Positions 35,525 through 44,823 of a stretch of DNA of 64,000 nucleotides are shown here, piece after piece (position 1 is the stretch's first letter; each line of letters opens with the position of its first letter). The position numbers and the translations under genes are program-made. Origin of the DNA: a virus; the IMG/VR virus record IMGVR_UViG_3300009146_000002, positions 5,733 to 69,732 of that record, one strand, 5' to 3'. Under the pieces are notes generated by a model that saw only the letters and a program-made list of their open reading frames with translations, was not told where the DNA came from and did no database searches.

Positions 35525-36967
35525 TCACTCCTCCTCGTCGACGACGTCCGCTTCGGCGGGGAGCAGCCCGCGCGCAATCGCCTGATGTAGTTCCGGGTCG
35601 TGGTGCGGCAGGCGGGGCTGGTAGTGCCCCGTGCCGAGTGGGTCTTGCCAGCCTTCGTGCCGGTGGCAGACCGGGACGAACTCACACTGATGCTCTTTCC
35701 CGAACGGCCGGCACGCCCAGCTGCAGGGGACCAGCTCATCGAGGCGCGCCTGGAAGGTCTCGCTCGCCCAGCCGTGCCCCGCCGCCTGCAGCTCATAGAG
35801 CGTCCAGAGCACCTCCTGCCAGCGGCGCTCTTCGCCGAGGAACCCTCTGAGCAGGCCCTGCAGCTGCTGGTCCTGGCGGTTCATCGGCCCGAGGATGAAG
35901 CACACCTTGTCGAGCACCGACTCGGGCAGGAACCGCACCCAGAACTCTTCAGGTGTCAGCCCCGGGTTGCTCGCTTGATACGCCTTCCACACGGGCCAGT
36001 CGCTCTCAGCCAGCGTGGTGACCAGGGCCCGCTTATGCGCCCGGCTGGCGCGCTTCGTCTCGCCGTGCTCGTTGACCCACTCGTAGGTGGGGAGCCAGTC
36101 GTCAGTCGCCAGCGGCGGGTTGCCCTCACGCTTGTAGCCGTAGCAGAGCGGCGAGGACTGCTTCTTCCGGGTGTCGCTGCTGTCGCCGTACCGATCCCGC
36201 ACGCGCCGCCCTTTGTTCAGGCCGACGATGTACAGCTCGGTGACTTCAGCGCCCCACTTCTTCTCCGCATCCACCGTGCCCAGCGCCAGCTGGGCGTCCG
36301 TCTCCCACTGTTCCGCCCAGGCCTCGCTCTCCCAGCCGGTCGTCTTGCACTCGAAGTAGGCGAGGTTCGATCCGCCGCGCCGCTGCGCCAGGAGATCAGT
36401 CCTGAGCATGATCGCCTTGCCCACGCAGCCCCGGCGGATGTGTTCATCCCCATCGAGCGGCGGCGCCCCGCAGCTGCAGTCGAGCAGATGGAGTCGCTCC
36501 TCTTCGACCGCGACCACCTGGTAGTTCGCGTGCAGCCAGGGCAGGAACTTCAGCCGCAGCGCCCAGGCCAGTCCGCTGATCAGGGCGGCCTGCTCGGCGA
36601 TCGTCTCTTCGGTGTCGGGCCCGCCGAGGATCCCCCGGTAGCCGCGCGCGTCGACCTGCGCGACATACTCGGCGACCAGGCTGGCGATGATCCCGCGCGT
36701 TTCTTCGAGCGTCGGCACGCGGTCGTGCTGCTTCAGGATCGATGCATAGGCTTCTAACACCCGGTGGACGTAGATGCCGGTGACCAGCGGCAGGGCGTGC
36801 TTCCTGAGCGTCATGCCGTAGCTGTTCCCACTGTGGTAGCTGAGATAGCGGGCGCGGGCACAGCGCGAGGTGCCGAGCTTGAACCGGGATCGATCGGTGA
36901 ACCAGAGCAGGGGGGCGATAGGCGTGGGCGTCGTCGTCGTCGTCGTCGGTGGCGGAGTGGTCGTCAT
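35525..36967 (-). CDS. Cas4/RecB-family PD-(D/E)XK exonuclease
   Basis: N-terminal C, G..VH, RTDLL, FECKT, QL and a C-terminal three-Cys cluster. Confidence 0.8.
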   Translation of the reverse strand: MTTTPPPTTTTTTPTPIAPLLWFTDRSRFKLGTSRCARARYLSYHSGNSYGMTLRKHALPLVTGIYVHRVLEAYASILKQHDRVPTLEETRGIIASLVAEYVAQVDARGYRGILGGPDTEETIAEQAALISGLAWALRLKFLPWLHANYQVVAVEEERLHLLDCSCGAPPLDGDEHIRRGCVGKAIMLRTDLLAQRRGGSNLAYFECKTTGWESEAWAEQWETDAQLALGTVDAEKKWGAEVTELYIVGLNKGRRVRDRYGDSSDTRKKQSSPLCYGYKREGNPPLATDDWLPTYEWVNEHGETKRASRAHKRALVTTLAESDWPVWKAYQASNPGLTPEEFWVRFLPESVLDKVCFILGPMNRQDQQLQGLLRGFLGEERRWQEVLWTLYELQAAGHGWASETFQARLDELVPCSWACRPFGKEHQCEFVPVCHRHEGWQDPLGTGHYQPRLPHHDPELHQAIARGLLPAEADVVDEEE

Positions 36968-37002
36968 AGTCGCCTCCCGTTGACGTGGTCAGTCGTGGTG
37001 GA

Positions 37003-37308
37003 TCAGGGCGTGCTACTGCCGAGCGCTGGATCGCCGCGGGCCGGGGCCCTGGGGCGTTTGTGTTTGGGGTTCGCCGGCAGCCGCTGGGCCAGGAGCGTCT
37101 GGAGCGGGACGCCGGTCACCGCGTGCAGCTTCACCGCCAGGCGCGCCGACGGCGCCCGCTTGCCCTTGGCCAGCATCGAGATCATCGACTGGTTGCACCC
37201 GACCGCCGCGGCCAGGGCGCGCTGGCTCACGGCCGGCGGTCCTTGGAGGAACGCACGCAGGCTGCGCACGGGCGAGCGGCGGGCGGCGGGCGTGATGAAC
37301 TTTGTCAT
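37003..37308 (-). CDS. Cro-like XRE HTH protein
   Basis: SQRALAAAVGCNQSMISMLAKGKRAPS; divergent from the cI-like gene. Confidence 0.85.
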   Translation of the reverse strand: MTKFITPAARRSPVRSLRAFLQGPPAVSQRALAAAVGCNQSMISMLAKGKRAPSARLAVKLHAVTGVPLQTLLAQRLPANPKHKRPRAPARGDPALGSSTP

Positions 37309-37551
37309 GGCTGGGTGATGACGTGTGTTATCAGGAAGGCGAGACTCTACACGCGCGCCTCGCCAGCTGTCAAGCGGGTATTTACAGAAAATTGCGGGAG
37401 CACCCACGACATCTCGTGGCGGGTGGCGTAACCGCACACACGCCCACGACTTAGCACCCGCTGATGACGGGATGCCATCTTGCGCGATGATGACTGGTAG
37501 TGATATGGTGCGGGCGAACACGACTGCGGCACTCAACACCTCGGAGCCTGG
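37309..37551. promoter_or_regulatory. Divergent lysis/lysogeny switch promoters and operators
   Basis: Minus TTGACA(37373-37368)-N18-TAGAGT; plus TTGCGC(37480)-N18-TATGGT; three TGATGAC copies. Confidence 0.7.
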
Positions 37552-38223
37552 ATGGCACACTCCGACCGATCGACGACGACGACGGCAGCAGCTCCCCCTC
37601 TCACGTTGTCGCAAGCACTGAACGAGCGTATCCGGCAGCTGTTGAAACGGGAGCGGTGGTCACAGCGGGACTTCGCCAAGCGGCTGGGGGTGACCCAGGG
37701 CGCGGTGAGTTATCTCCTGGCAGAGAAACGGCGGGCGGCGGCGTTGGACTACTACGAACGCCTGGCGGGGGTGTTCGGGGTATCCCTCAGCGTCCTGATC
37801 GCGGACCTGGAACAGCAAGTCGGGCACGTTGGGCACGTTGGGCAAGCTGCGCACGCTGGAAAGGGAGTCCTGGATGCCGCCTCGTCGTCGCCCGCAATCT
37901 TCATGTCCTCCGCCGCCGTTGAAGGCAGTCGCGAAGAAACTGTGCTCCTCCGCACCCTCCTCGACGCCCTCCTCCGCGCTCAACTCGCCGCCAGCGACGC
38001 GCGCATCGACGCTCGTGTTGCAGCGGCCTTCACGGCCTTCACTGAGCGCGATGGGCGAAGCGCGCCTGCGCCAGATCCGCACGACCGCCGTCACCGAGCG
38101 CCGAAGAAGCGGGCAGACGGTCGACGCGCGGATGAACCTGCTGTGTCAGCGGATGCGGGCGCTGATCACCAACTACCCCCTGGACGGCATCAATCTGCTG
38201 GCGGTGTGCGAAGGGCTGGCTGA
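37552..38223 (+). CDS. CI-like XRE repressor
   Basis: RIRQLLKRERWSQRDFAKRLGVTQGAVSYLL; no S24 peptidase domain seen. Confidence 0.8.
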   Translation: MAHSDRSTTTTAAAPPLTLSQALNERIRQLLKRERWSQRDFAKRLGVTQGAVSYLLAEKRRAAALDYYERLAGVFGVSLSVLIADLEQQVGHVGHVGQAAHAGKGVLDAASSSPAIFMSSAAVEGSREETVLLRTLLDALLRAQLAASDARIDARVAAAFTAFTERDGRSAPAPDPHDRRHRAPKKRADGRRADEPAVSADAGADHQLPPGRHQSAGGVRRAG

Positions 38224-38317
38224 CCGCGTCGAGCTGGAGCTGGACGTCGCCACGTGACAGACGATCACCACGGGCCGGTCGGCCCGCAGGATCCTCTGTA
38301 TCTGTCGTGACCTCGGG

Positions 38318-38761
38318 CTAGTCGCCCTCGCGCTGCTCCACGACCCGGTAGCGCGTCTGGCCCTTCTGGCCTGACACGCGCAGCAAGCCGCCCCGCACGT
38401 ACGACACGATCCCGGTGAGCGAGTCGATCCCCTGGGCGCGGGCGGCTGCGCGGAGCTTCGCGATCGGCATCGGCTTCCCGTAGGCCTGGATGATGGCCAG
38501 CACCTGCTCACGCTTGGCGGTGCGAGCCGCGGTGCGCTTCGCCCACTTCCCCGACGCCGGCGGCGCCTCGACCACCGCGTGGCCGTTCTTCTGCGCCTTT
38601 CTCAGCGCCACCGCGCCGGTGAGCGTGCGGCTCACGGCGCCGCGCTTCTCCTCGCGCAGCTCCTGTTCCAGCACCGTCGCCGTGAGGCGGAACGCCTCGG
38701 CCTGAATGTCCAGCGCCGCCGCCTTCGCGCGCAGCTTCTCTACAATCGTCATCATCGCCAT
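38318..38761 (-). CDS. Coiled-coil plus wHTH-like protein
   Basis: REQVLAIIQAYGKPM..L..GLLRVSGQKGQTRY. Confidence 0.55.
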   Translation of the reverse strand: MAMMTIVEKLRAKAAALDIQAEAFRLTATVLEQELREEKRGAVSRTLTGAVALRKAQKNGHAVVEAPPASGKWAKRTAARTAKREQVLAIIQAYGKPMPIAKLRAAARAQGIDSLTGIVSYVRGGLLRVSGQKGQTRYRVVEQREGD

Positions 38762-38779
38762 CGTCGTCGTCTCCGTCGG

Positions 38780-39214
38780 TTAAGCCGCGTGCCGCTTGCG
38801 TCGGTGCTTGCGTTCCTTCGCCACCTCGGCCAGCTCGCGGCGCTTCATCGTGTGGAAGGTGACCATCGCCGTCTCAGGCGGCGCCCACTTCTGCGCCCAG
38901 CTCTCCAGCGGCGTCTCGCCGCCGATGCCCTTGGCCTCGAACGCCGCGCCCAGCACCGCCAGGCTGATCACGCCGACTGACGGCAGCGCCACGGCGCTCG
39001 GCGCGTAGTGCGCGAACAGGTCGGCCAGGCTCTTGACGGGCAGCGCGGCGAGCTGCGCGCTGAGGAGCCGCGCCGCGTGGAAGTTATAACAGCCGACGGC
39101 CGCCAGCTGCCCGCGCGTCAGGCGGTCGTGGCCGACCACGAGCACCCAGGCGCTGCTCGACGCCTGGAGCTGTTTGACGGCGGTGGAACCGAGGATGCGT
39201 GTCGAGAGGTTCAT
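38780..39214 (-). CDS. Hypothetical protein
   Basis: Start reassigned to ATG 39214 after AGGAG; has its own promoter upstream. Confidence 0.6.
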   Translation of the reverse strand: MNLSTRILGSTAVKQLQASSSAWVLVVGHDRLTRGQLAAVGCYNFHAARLLSAQLAALPVKSLADLFAHYAPSAVALPSVGVISLAVLGAAFEAKGIGGETPLESWAQKWAPPETAMVTFHTMKRRELAEVAKERKHRRKRHAA

Positions 39215-39290
39215 ATGGGCGGTGCTCCTGTCCCGTGGTCGTGGTCGTGGTGGTGGTGGGTAGCACCGGGGAGCCTGTGCTACGGGGGGC

Positions 39291-39319
39291 AGCGTAGTTG
39301 AGTGATGACACGGCGTCAA
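39291..39319 (-). promoter_or_regulatory. Promoter TTGACG-N17-TACGCT with GTCATCA in the spacer
   Basis: Read directly on the minus strand. Confidence 0.65.
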
Positions 39320-39560
39320 CCAATTTGATGACAAACACCGCTGCCTGCAGCTGCGCGCAGCCGCCTATGTTGGGGGTGCCGGCGGACCGACCGCTACGGG
39401 CTGGGAGGATCTTGATCTGGGCTAGGCGAGAGGGATACAAGGGGCGCTTTCCTGCCCGGCTCAGGCAGGCCGTACGCCACGAAGGGGGCGGTACCGACGC
39501 TGATCTTCCCGAGCAAGAAGATCCGGTACCGCCCCCCTTAACCCGACCAAGGACAGAACG

Positions 39561-40556
39561 ATGAAGCACAAGGATGAACTAGCTCCGGCTACCCTGTCAA
39601 TCCCCACCCCCGTGCCGGCAGCTGCGCCCGCTGCAGGCCCGCTCGACCTGCTGCCGAACATCATTCCCTACGGCAGCGTGTCGCTCCTCTCCGGGGCGCC
39701 TGGGCTGGGAAAGACGGCGCTGCTGGCGACCATCGCCAAGGCCTTCCGCGACCAGACGCCGCTCTTCGGCCACCAGCCGAACCCGGTCGCCGACATCGGG
39801 ATCATCAACGCCGACCGGGGCTGGGAGCGCGGTGGGAAGGTGTGGTTCCAGCGCGCGGGGTTCCCCGACATCAAGTGCTACTCGATGCCCGATGATGCGA
39901 AGTTCGACCCCCGCTGCCTGCGGAAGAAGCACGAACGCACGGCGCTCCTGGCGGAGTTCATCGACAAGCTGAAGCTGCCGCCGGGATCGCTGCTCTTCGG
40001 CGACCCGATGGGGCTGTTCCTCGGCGGCAACCTGCTCGACTACGACGGGTGCGCGGTCGCCTGCCACGAGATCCGCGCCATCCTGCGCGCGCGGGGGCTC
40101 ACGCTCATCGCCACGGCGCACAGCAGCAAGCTGAAGGCGGACCCGAAGGACCGCTACCACCGGCTGCAGGATCAGATCCTGGGCTCGACCGCGCTGCTCG
40201 GCTTCTCCGACACGCAGCTCGTCCTCGCCAGCCCCGAGGAGACGGGCCAGCGGTTCTACACGTTCATGTGGGCGTCGCACCTGGCCCCGCCCGAGACGTT
40301 CCTGCTGGAGCGCAACGAGGTGGGCATCTTCGCGCTGGCCGATGGGACCGACCAGGGCAGCGCCGGCCAGATCCTGGCCTACTTCCCCGCCGACGGCAGC
40401 GAGATCACGGCCGGCGAGCTGGGCACGCTCGCCCTGGCGGTGCCCCTGACCCTCAAGACCGTCCACCGCGCGCTCAACCAGCTGGTGGCCGACGGCAAGG
40501 TGGAGAAGGTCCGCCGGGGCACGTACCGGCGGATGCACGCGCTGATCCTGCACTAG
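39561..40556 (+). CDS. RecA-fold AAA (RepA-like helicase) with C-terminal wHTH
   Basis: LLSGAPGLGKT, LFGDP, AHSSK, LGSTAL; C-terminal LNQLVADGKVEKVRRGTY. Confidence 0.8.
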   Translation: MKHKDELAPATLSIPTPVPAAAPAAGPLDLLPNIIPYGSVSLLSGAPGLGKTALLATIAKAFRDQTPLFGHQPNPVADIGIINADRGWERGGKVWFQRAGFPDIKCYSMPDDAKFDPRCLRKKHERTALLAEFIDKLKLPPGSLLFGDPMGLFLGGNLLDYDGCAVACHEIRAILRARGLTLIATAHSSKLKADPKDRYHRLQDQILGSTALLGFSDTQLVLASPEETGQRFYTFMWASHLAPPETFLLERNEVGIFALADGTDQGSAGQILAYFPADGSEITAGELGTLALAVPLTLKTVHRALNQLVADGKVEKVRRGTYRRMHALILH

Positions 40557-40559
40557 CTT

Positions 40560-40830
40560 TCGCCTACAGCGGGAGGGGGAGCCCCCATATATACCCCCTC
40601 CCGCTGTCTCTGATGGGCTGTTACCCCTGTATGTACATAGAGTTAATACAGGGACATAACTTGGGACAGTGTCCCTTGTACGTCCCTAACTCCCCCCTGA
40701 TCGGGTACTTCGGGACAGCTCAGGACATGGGGTCTGTCTTTACCTAAGTCCTTTGCCCCGCAGGGCTTAAGTGGCGAAGGGACACAAAACAGGGGGGTGT
40801 GCCGGGGGTGCCCTGACGGGACAGGCCCCC
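40560..40830. other. Putative replication origin with GGGACA iterons
   Basis: AT-richer non-coding stretch after the Rep gene, with about eight GGGACA/TGTCCC-like sites. Confidence 0.6.
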
Positions 40831-40841
40831 GTCAGCCAGGC

Positions 40842-41435
40842 TCACTCACTTTCGCCCCCCTTCGCCGCCGCTTTCTCCGCCTCAGCCGCCCGCACGTACT
40901 CGGACGCATACGGGGAGCGGGGCAGCTTCACCGGCACCGGCCGGCCCAGCACCTCCTCGCCGTGGAGCGGGCAGCTCGGGGCGGTGCCCAGGTGCGGGCA
41001 CCGGCACTCGTCCGTGACGTGCAGGTTCGCGTACGCGCCGGCCGCCTTGCCGCCGGTCACGAACCAGCCGCCGCCCAGCCGGCGCATCTCGGCGACTTCC
41101 TCCGGGGTGGGCACGATGTCGGGGGCCGCCGTGGTCACGCGCCGGCCCCGGTGCTGCACCGGGTAGATGACCACGCCCACCGTGTAGATGCGCCCGCACC
41201 AGGGGCAGCACAGCCGCTGGGTGTGCGGGTTCCAGAACAGCTTGCTCACCGACTCGCACGTCGGGCGCTGCTTGGCGGCGGCGCGCGCGCGGCTGACGTC
41301 ACTCATGCGCTTGGGCAGGTGCTTGCGGTCCAGGTCCGCGAAGATCAGCTGCCCGCAGGCCGGGCAGGCGCACTCGAAGCGGTCGATGCGGGCGAACAGC
41401 CGCCGGCCGGGCGGCATCCGGGGCAGGTCAGGCAT
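40842..41435 (-). CDS. Multi-zinc-finger protein
   Basis: CPACG, CPWCG, CRC..CPLHG; GGAGGAG RBS. Confidence 0.65.
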   Translation of the reverse strand: MPDLPRMPPGRRLFARIDRFECACPACGQLIFADLDRKHLPKRMSDVSRARAAAKQRPTCESVSKLFWNPHTQRLCCPWCGRIYTVGVVIYPVQHRGRRVTTAAPDIVPTPEEVAEMRRLGGGWFVTGGKAAGAYANLHVTDECRCPHLGTAPSCPLHGEEVLGRPVPVKLPRSPYASEYVRAAEAEKAAAKGGESE

Positions 41436-41595
41436 GGGCTCCTCCCACGTACGGGCGCGGGGCGGGACTGCACCGAGGCCCAGTACAGCTGAGGGTAGGT
41501 ACGTACGGCTGGGACGGTAGCACGCCTCGCCTCCCTCGCTCGCCTGCGGCTCGCTCAGTCGTGCTCGGCCCGGGCGGGAGTGGTGAGGCGGGCGG

Positions 41596-42009
41596 TCACG
41601 CAGATCCCTCGTCATCGCCTCGGGACGGCGCCCCGGGCTCGCCGTGGCGCGGCTCGGCTGCCTGCCGCCGCGCCTGCTGGTGCTCGTGCCACCGTCGCCG
41701 ATGGTAGGCCCGCAGGCCCGCCGCCGCGCAGCTGGGCGAACAGTAGAGCTGCTTGTGGTGGGTGGGGACGAACACGGGCGAGGCGCACAGCGTGTTCTGA
41801 CAGAGGCGCGTGGGCTCGTCCGGGATCCAGCGCCCGGCCGCTTGCCACGCTTCCCACGCCAGCTGCACGGCGTAGCTGAAGTACTGGCCCGGCCAGCTGG
41901 GGTCGTCCGGGCCGCGCCGCCCCACTTGCGCCTCGATGGGCGGCGCGGTGATCCAGGCCTCGAAGGCGGCGCGCTCGGGATCAGGCTCGGGATTAGGGTC
42001 GGTCGGCAT
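41596..42009 (-). CDS. Zinc-finger protein (C..C/YCS..C)
   Basis: LCQNTLC..KQLYCSPSC. Confidence 0.6.
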   Translation of the reverse strand: MPTDPNPEPDPERAAFEAWITAPPIEAQVGRRGPDDPSWPGQYFSYAVQLAWEAWQAAGRWIPDEPTRLCQNTLCASPVFVPTHHKQLYCSPSCAAAGLRAYHRRRWHEHQQARRQAAEPRHGEPGAPSRGDDEGSA

Positions 42010-42033
42010 CGGTTCACCCCTCCGGCGGCGGGA

Positions 42034-42480
42034 CTAGCCGCCGACCGCCCGCGCCACCGGCTTGCCGGACCGCGCCTCGATGATCGCCACGATGCGCGGG
42101 GCCACGCCCTTCTCCATCTCCACCTCGACGAAGTCGCCCCGCCCGCTCGCGTCCTTGAACTGCACGGTGAGGAAGTGATCGAGCGCGGCGCCCATGCGCG
42201 GGTTCATCTTGCGGACCTTCGCGCGGCGGTCATAGGTGATCGTCGTGATGTTCGCGTAGAGGATGATCGTCGGGTCGCCCTTGCGCGGCTGCACGACCAG
42301 GTGCGCCGCGTCGAAGATCAGGCTGACATCCCGGCGGTCGGTGTCCTCGCCGCGCATGAGGTACTGCCGCACGTCGTCCTTGAAGGTGACGGGCGCGGCG
42401 GACTGCGCCGCCAGCGGGGCGGCGAGGGAGGCGGCGAGGGTCAGGGCGAGGGTCAGGGTCAGGGTCAGGGCGCGTGTCAT
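42034..42480 (-). CDS. Secreted/periplasmic protein with signal peptide, PH-like beta domain
   Basis: MTRALTLTLTLALTLAASLAAPLAA/QS signal peptide. Confidence 0.7.
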   Translation of the reverse strand: MTRALTLTLTLALTLAASLAAPLAAQSAAPVTFKDDVRQYLMRGEDTDRRDVSLIFDAAHLVVQPRKGDPTIILYANITTITYDRRAKVRKMNPRMGAALDHFLTVQFKDASGRGDFVEVEMEKGVAPRIVAIIEARSGKPVARAVGG

Positions 42481-42532
42481 CGGGGAGTCTCCATCTGGGT
42501 CAGCGATCGGGAACGTGAGAGGCGGAACTGTC

Positions 42533-42805
42533 TTACTCGGACGACCGCCGCCGCAGGTGGCGGGCGGCCTCGGGCACCCAGAGGCAGGGCTGCCCGGCGT
42601 CGGCCCGGGCCAGACTGCACAGCGGGCAGAAGCCGAACTGCAGCAGCTCGCCCAGGTCGTTCAGCTCCGGCTCAGAGGCCACGACGGCACAACCGCACGC
42701 GCAGCGCAGCGCCGCTAGCTCGCCGGGCGCGAACAGGAACTCGCGGCGCGGGTAGGCGGGAGAGGAAGATGGGCGGCGCGGGCGGTGGCGGCGGGGCGGC
42801 ATCAC
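42533..42805 (-). CDS. Small Cys-rich protein
   Basis: CACG, CPLC. Confidence 0.45.
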   Translation of the reverse strand: MMPPRRHRPRRPSSSPAYPRREFLFAPGELAALRCACGCAVVASEPELNDLGELLQFGFCPLCSLARADAGQPCLWVPEAARHLRRRSSE

Positions 42806-43128
42806 ACCGGCCTCGCCGCGTAGCGCGTGCAGGGCTCACACACGCCAACGTGCAGCGCCGGGGCGCCCACGCCGATCAGCGTGCCGCAGAGATGACAGCG
42901 ATCCTCGGTCACGCCCGCCGGCAGCCCCTCGCCCAGTGCGCGGGCGGCGAACGTGTGCGCGGGCGCCTCGTCCTCGCAGGTCTGGCACACGCCGTCAGCG
43001 GCCGGGAGGTATTGCGGGCAGACGAACGGGCCGTCTGGCGTCACCAGCCCGCCGCAGACGAGGCAGCGCCAGCTCACGAGGTGTGGGACGCCCGACTTGG
43101 CGAACTGCTGGCAGCGGCAGCCGCTCAT
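42802..43128 (-). CDS. Cys-rich zinc-binding protein
   Basis: Multiple CxxC pairs; ATGA overlap with the upstream gene. Confidence 0.55.
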   Translation of the reverse strand: MSGCRCQQFAKSGVPHLVSWRCLVCGGLVTPDGPFVCPQYLPAADGVCQTCEDEAPAHTFAARALGEGLPAGVTEDRCHLCGTLIGVGAPALHVGVCEPCTRYAARPV

Positions 43129-43370
43129 CGGGGGAAGCCCTCGGGCGGCATCGGGCCTTTGCCGTGCAGGAACGCGGTGAAGCGGCGCTCGTAGTCGCGC
43201 CGGGCGCGGCCCACGCCGAGCAGCCGCCCGACCACGACGACCGGTAGGGCCAGCAGCCCGACCAGCGCCATGTAGGCCAGCAGCGCGAGCAGCATCCCGG
43301 CCGCCGCCGGGATGAGCCACCACGCGCCGAGCAGGGTCAGCAGGATCGCCAGCAGCAGCAGGACGATCAC
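43125..43370 (-). CDS. Small membrane protein
   Basis: Long hydrophobic N-terminus; GTGA overlap. Confidence 0.55.
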   Translation of the reverse strand: MIVLLLLAILLTLLGAWWLIPAAAGMLLALLAYMALVGLLALPVVVVGRLLGVGRARRDYERRFTAFLHGKGPMPPEGFPR

Positions 43371-43606
43371 GGCCGCGCCCCGCTCACCAGCACCAGCAGG
43401 ACGACGCACAGGATCAGCAGCAGCAGCCCCCAGGTGACGATGAACTCCCACCGCAGGGCGCGCAGGTCCGCGCGCAGCGCCTGCAGCTGGGCGGCGGTGG
43501 CAGGCGCCTCGCTCGCCCGCATCGCCGTCGCCGCCGCGCGGGCCTCGTCCTCGGGGACGCCCACCGATCGCAGGGCCGTGTACAGCTCGCTGACGATCAG
43601 GCTCAT
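43367..43606 (-). CDS. Small coiled-coil membrane-anchored protein (DUF1640-like)
   Basis: ELYTALRSVGVPEDEARAAA, coiled coil, C-terminal TM. Confidence 0.65.
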   Translation of the reverse strand: MSLIVSELYTALRSVGVPEDEARAAATAMRASEAPATAAQLQALRADLRALRWEFIVTWGLLLLILCVVLLVLVSGARP

Positions 43607-43845
43607 GGCGTGTGCAGCTCCACCGGGGGCGGCGCGTTCAGGTTCGTCAGCGCCCGATCCATCGCCGCGTTGATCAGCGTGGCGAACCGGACGCGGGTCG
43701 TCGGGTCTTTCAGGATCTCGACGGCGATCTCCTCCGCCGCGCGGTCGATGTACCGCGTGAGCGTATGGACGACGCTTCGGTCCACCGCTTGCTGCACGAG
43801 TAGCTCTAGTTGGGTCGTGGTCATGCCGTCATCACTCCGTGTCAT
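43603..43845 (-). CDS. Hypothetical protein
   Basis: Helical 80-aa ORF in the early operon. Confidence 0.5.
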   Translation of the reverse strand: MTRSDDGMTTTQLELLVQQAVDRSVVHTLTRYIDRAAEEIAVEILKDPTTRVRFATLINAAMDRALTNLNAPPPVELHTP

Positions 43846-43906
43846 CAGGCTAGCAGAACTCTCACAGGTACGCAGGACGCCCGCAGCTGCTCGCAGCGGG
43901 GCGCAG

Positions 43907-44359
43907 CTAGAAGCTCGTGGGTCGATAGCTTGCCGCCGGAGCCAGCGTGCGGCGCAGGGACTGGTACGCAGGCGATTGCTGCGACCGGACCAGCCACTGT
44001 GACCGCCGTTGCGCCTCGTCGGCTTGCATATGCGAGTCGTACATGCGGCAGCCGTACGGCGCCACCGCGTGGATCGTGCAGCGGTCGTCCGCGCTGAGAA
44101 AGACGCACCGCCCGCCAGCCAGGCGCGGCGTGATCGTGCCCACGCGGAACACCTCGCCGGTCGCGCGGTTCCCTACCAGCGCCCCCGGGCTGGCCCAGAA
44201 CTTCGCCAGCACAGCCGCGACCGGCCGCGCCAGGTACGCGGCGATCTGCTCCAGCTCCCCGGCGGCAAGGCTGCCGGGCTGCTCGTGGCAGCCACGGCGG
44301 CACTCGTCGCAGGCGCAGACCGTGCGGGCGAACGGCGGGCCGTCCGGGGGCGACGTCAT
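43907..44359 (-). CDS. YkgJ-like cysteine-cluster protein
   Basis: CACDECRRGC, GRCVFL..DDRCTIH..PYGCRMY. Confidence 0.75.
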   Translation of the reverse strand: MTSPPDGPPFARTVCACDECRRGCHEQPGSLAAGELEQIAAYLARPVAAVLAKFWASPGALVGNRATGEVFRVGTITPRLAGGRCVFLSADDRCTIHAVAPYGCRMYDSHMQADEAQRRSQWLVRSQQSPAYQSLRRTLAPAASYRPTSF

Positions 44360-44823
44360 CGCGCGGCCAGCGGCGCGGCCAGCGGCAGGGACAGCTCCCG
44401 CAGCAGTACTTCGGCTTCGCCGCCGCTGTCCAGCCGCAGCGCGATGATCGTCTCGTCGGGGTCGATGGAGTCGCCGGGGTCGACGCCGATGGAGACGACG
44501 GTGCCATAGCCGCTAGCGACGTCGTCGCCCGGGTCGTGCCAGTAGACGCGCGCCCCGATGGCCACGGTGGGCAGCCGGGGCGGTTCCGGGAACACCCAGA
44601 CCATCCCGTGCTTCACTGCCCCGCCGATCAGGCTCTCGCCGCCGGGCCAGTCCATGCGCTGGCACAGCGCCACCGCCGCCGCCCGGTGGGCGCCGTTGTG
44701 GCCGTCGTACGGGAAGTCGCCGTCAGCTGGCACGGTGACGCGGTTACCGTCTAGGTCGCTCGCAATGATGCGGGCGGGGCGCCGATCCGTGGCGCCAACG
44801 TAGCGCGTGGTGATGGCCTTCAT
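44356..44823 (-). CDS. Conserved early phage protein
   Basis: MKAITTRYVGATD.RPARI..H..AA.AL. Confidence 0.65.
   Translation of the reverse strand: MKAITTRYVGATDRRPARIIASDLDGNRVTVPADGDFPYDGHNGAHRAAAVALCQRMDWPGGESLIGGAVKHGMVWVFPEPPRLPTVAIGARVYWHDPGDDVASGYGTVVSIGVDPGDSIDPDETIIALRLDSGGEAEVLLRELSLPLAAPLAAR

Noticed and set aside
39403-39440. GGAGGATC-TTGATC as a sixth late-type promoter upstream of rep
   Set aside because: Mismatch in the G-run and no matching -10 at 17 bp; possible but unsupported
42430-42470. (ACCCTG)n hexamer repeat as a contingency locus
   Set aside because: In-frame Thr-Leu repeat in a signal peptide; length changes would not switch the frame
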